Of a DNA stretch of 64,000 bases, positions 62,571 to 64,000 are shown piece by piece. Made by a program: the position numbers and the translations under genes. The stretch is from NCBI RefSeq assembly GCF_963921235.1, contig NC_086097.1:82586001-82650000 (forward strand), in the 5' to 3' direction. The DNA is from Mobula hypostoma. Its lineage: Eukaryota. A model generated the notes under the pieces. That model was not told where the DNA came from, ran no database searches, and was given only the letters and a program-made list of their open reading frames with translations. Every line of letters starts with the position of its first letter. The stretch's first letter is position 1.

Positions 62571-63574
62571 ATCTTCTTGGGGGTATTTAAAATAATAATA
62601 TTAATTCCAAAGCGCAGAACATTTGATTTTGGACAGTTAACGATATTGGCAAGTCTTAAATAAATGATGTCCTAACTTTATACAAACTCTGAGCTGAAGT
62701 CAGAGATCTGCAGACAAAAGAAGTCCTTATCTAATTCATAACAAGGCTGTTGCTGCATACAAAGGGAAGTGATTAATGGATTTTATATCAGGGGAGGTAT
62801 CATCACACACAAGTTTGGGGACCAATTTTGTCCTCTCATTGAGATAATTCACATTTTCTAAATGTGAAATATTTGCAAATGGATGATTATTGGAAGAATT
62901 AAGACTCATTGATGCAATTGACTAGCTAAATTATGAATAAAGAATAAAATTAGGGAATGTAATGTGGTCGATATTTTAACTAAGCATAACACCAGAAAAG
63001 AAAGAAATGGAATTAAATATGGTTAGTGGAGAAAATATATTTAGTTTAATAGGTATCCAGATTTTCAAGCTGGCTCTTCCAGATTTGGTGATACCAAATA
63101 TTAAACATTATGTATGCTTATTGTTGCTATACTGAAGAAAACTGCCAGTTATGATTCAGTGGATATTGTATATTTTTAGGTATATTTCTGTTTTGTGATC
63201 TGTAATCAGTTCAAGGTTTTGTAGCAGCATTTCTAAATTTAAAACAGTCTTGTTACCACTGTAAGTCTGGAATTGCAGGAGATTTTAAAATATCCATTGG
63301 GATTTTAAAAATGTTTAGTCAGGAATTAATAATTGGAAACAACGTAGGCATATAAAGGTCATAGAAGACACAGGAGTGACTGTGAGACTGAGAAGTACCA
63401 GGAATAATTTAACAAGGTTAAGGTTTTGGTCTTGCTTCACCGATAGTAATTTTTTATAAGTTAGATAGTTGTGAATTCATGTTCCATTCTGAAGACCTGG
63501 AAGTATAATCTTGGCTGGCCAAGTTACTACCGAGGGAGTGGTGCATGATCAGAGGACCTGGCTATAAAATCATG

Positions 63575-64000
63575 AGATATAGGAGCAGAATTAAGTCATT
63601 TGGCTCATCAAGTCTGCTCCACAATTTTATCAGGGTTGATCCAATTTTCGTCTCTGCTCCAGTCTCCTGCCTTCTCCCCATATCTCTTCATGCCCTGACC
63701 AATCAAGAATCTATCAGCAACTGCCTTAAATATACATAAAGGCTTGGCCACCACAGCTGCAGGATGCAAAGAAGGCCACATATTCACCACTCTTTGCCTA
63801 AAGAAATTCTTCCTCATCTCCATTCTAAAAGTACACCTCTCTATTCTGAGGCTGTCTCTTCTGGTTTTAGATCCCCCCAAAATAGGAGCCATCATCTTCA
63901 CATCCACTCTATCAAGGCCTTTCACCATTCAATAGCTTTCAATAAGGTCACTCCTCATTCTTCTGAACTCCAGTGAATACACGGCTACAGCCATGAAATG
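63575..64000 (-). mobile_element. CR1 3' end, running off the window
   Basis: ORF 63608: KGLDRVDV...FRMEMRKNFFRQRVVNMW. Confidence 0.88.

Noticed and set aside
9000..64000. GPX2/RAB15/FNTB exons expected from human synteny
   Set aside because: No diagnostic motifs (e.g. NVASLUG, PCNQFG, WNFEKF) were noticed by eye. Absence is not proven without TBLASTN.

Overview
Vertebrate genomic DNA, AT-rich and CpG-depleted. The repeat complement (CR1, Rex1/Babar, Penelope-like, V-SINE-like) suggests a cartilaginous fish, probably a ray or skate; this is inference only. The one host gene I can identify is CHURC1 (Churchill): coding exons 2-4 on + at 4989-5124, 6589-6659 and 8619-8711, with exon 1 apparently upstream of the window. 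A CpG-rich promoter-like island at about 35.05-35.3 kb probably starts a second, unidentified transcription unit. The rest is mostly transposon remains: CR1, L1, Rex1/Babar and RTE-type LINE pieces, Penelope-like elements (RT + GIY-YIG), tRNA-derived SINEs, two solo LTRs, and Tc1, mariner and hAT DNA transposons, several of them nested. The most notable signal is a family of Penelope-derived termini carrying minimal hammerhead ribozymes. Two copies have intact catalytic cores, and several sit in short 100-380 bp insertions with 11-14 bp target-site duplications. Almost all supplied ORFs are TE fragments or chance ORFs. Boundaries of degraded repeats are approximate.
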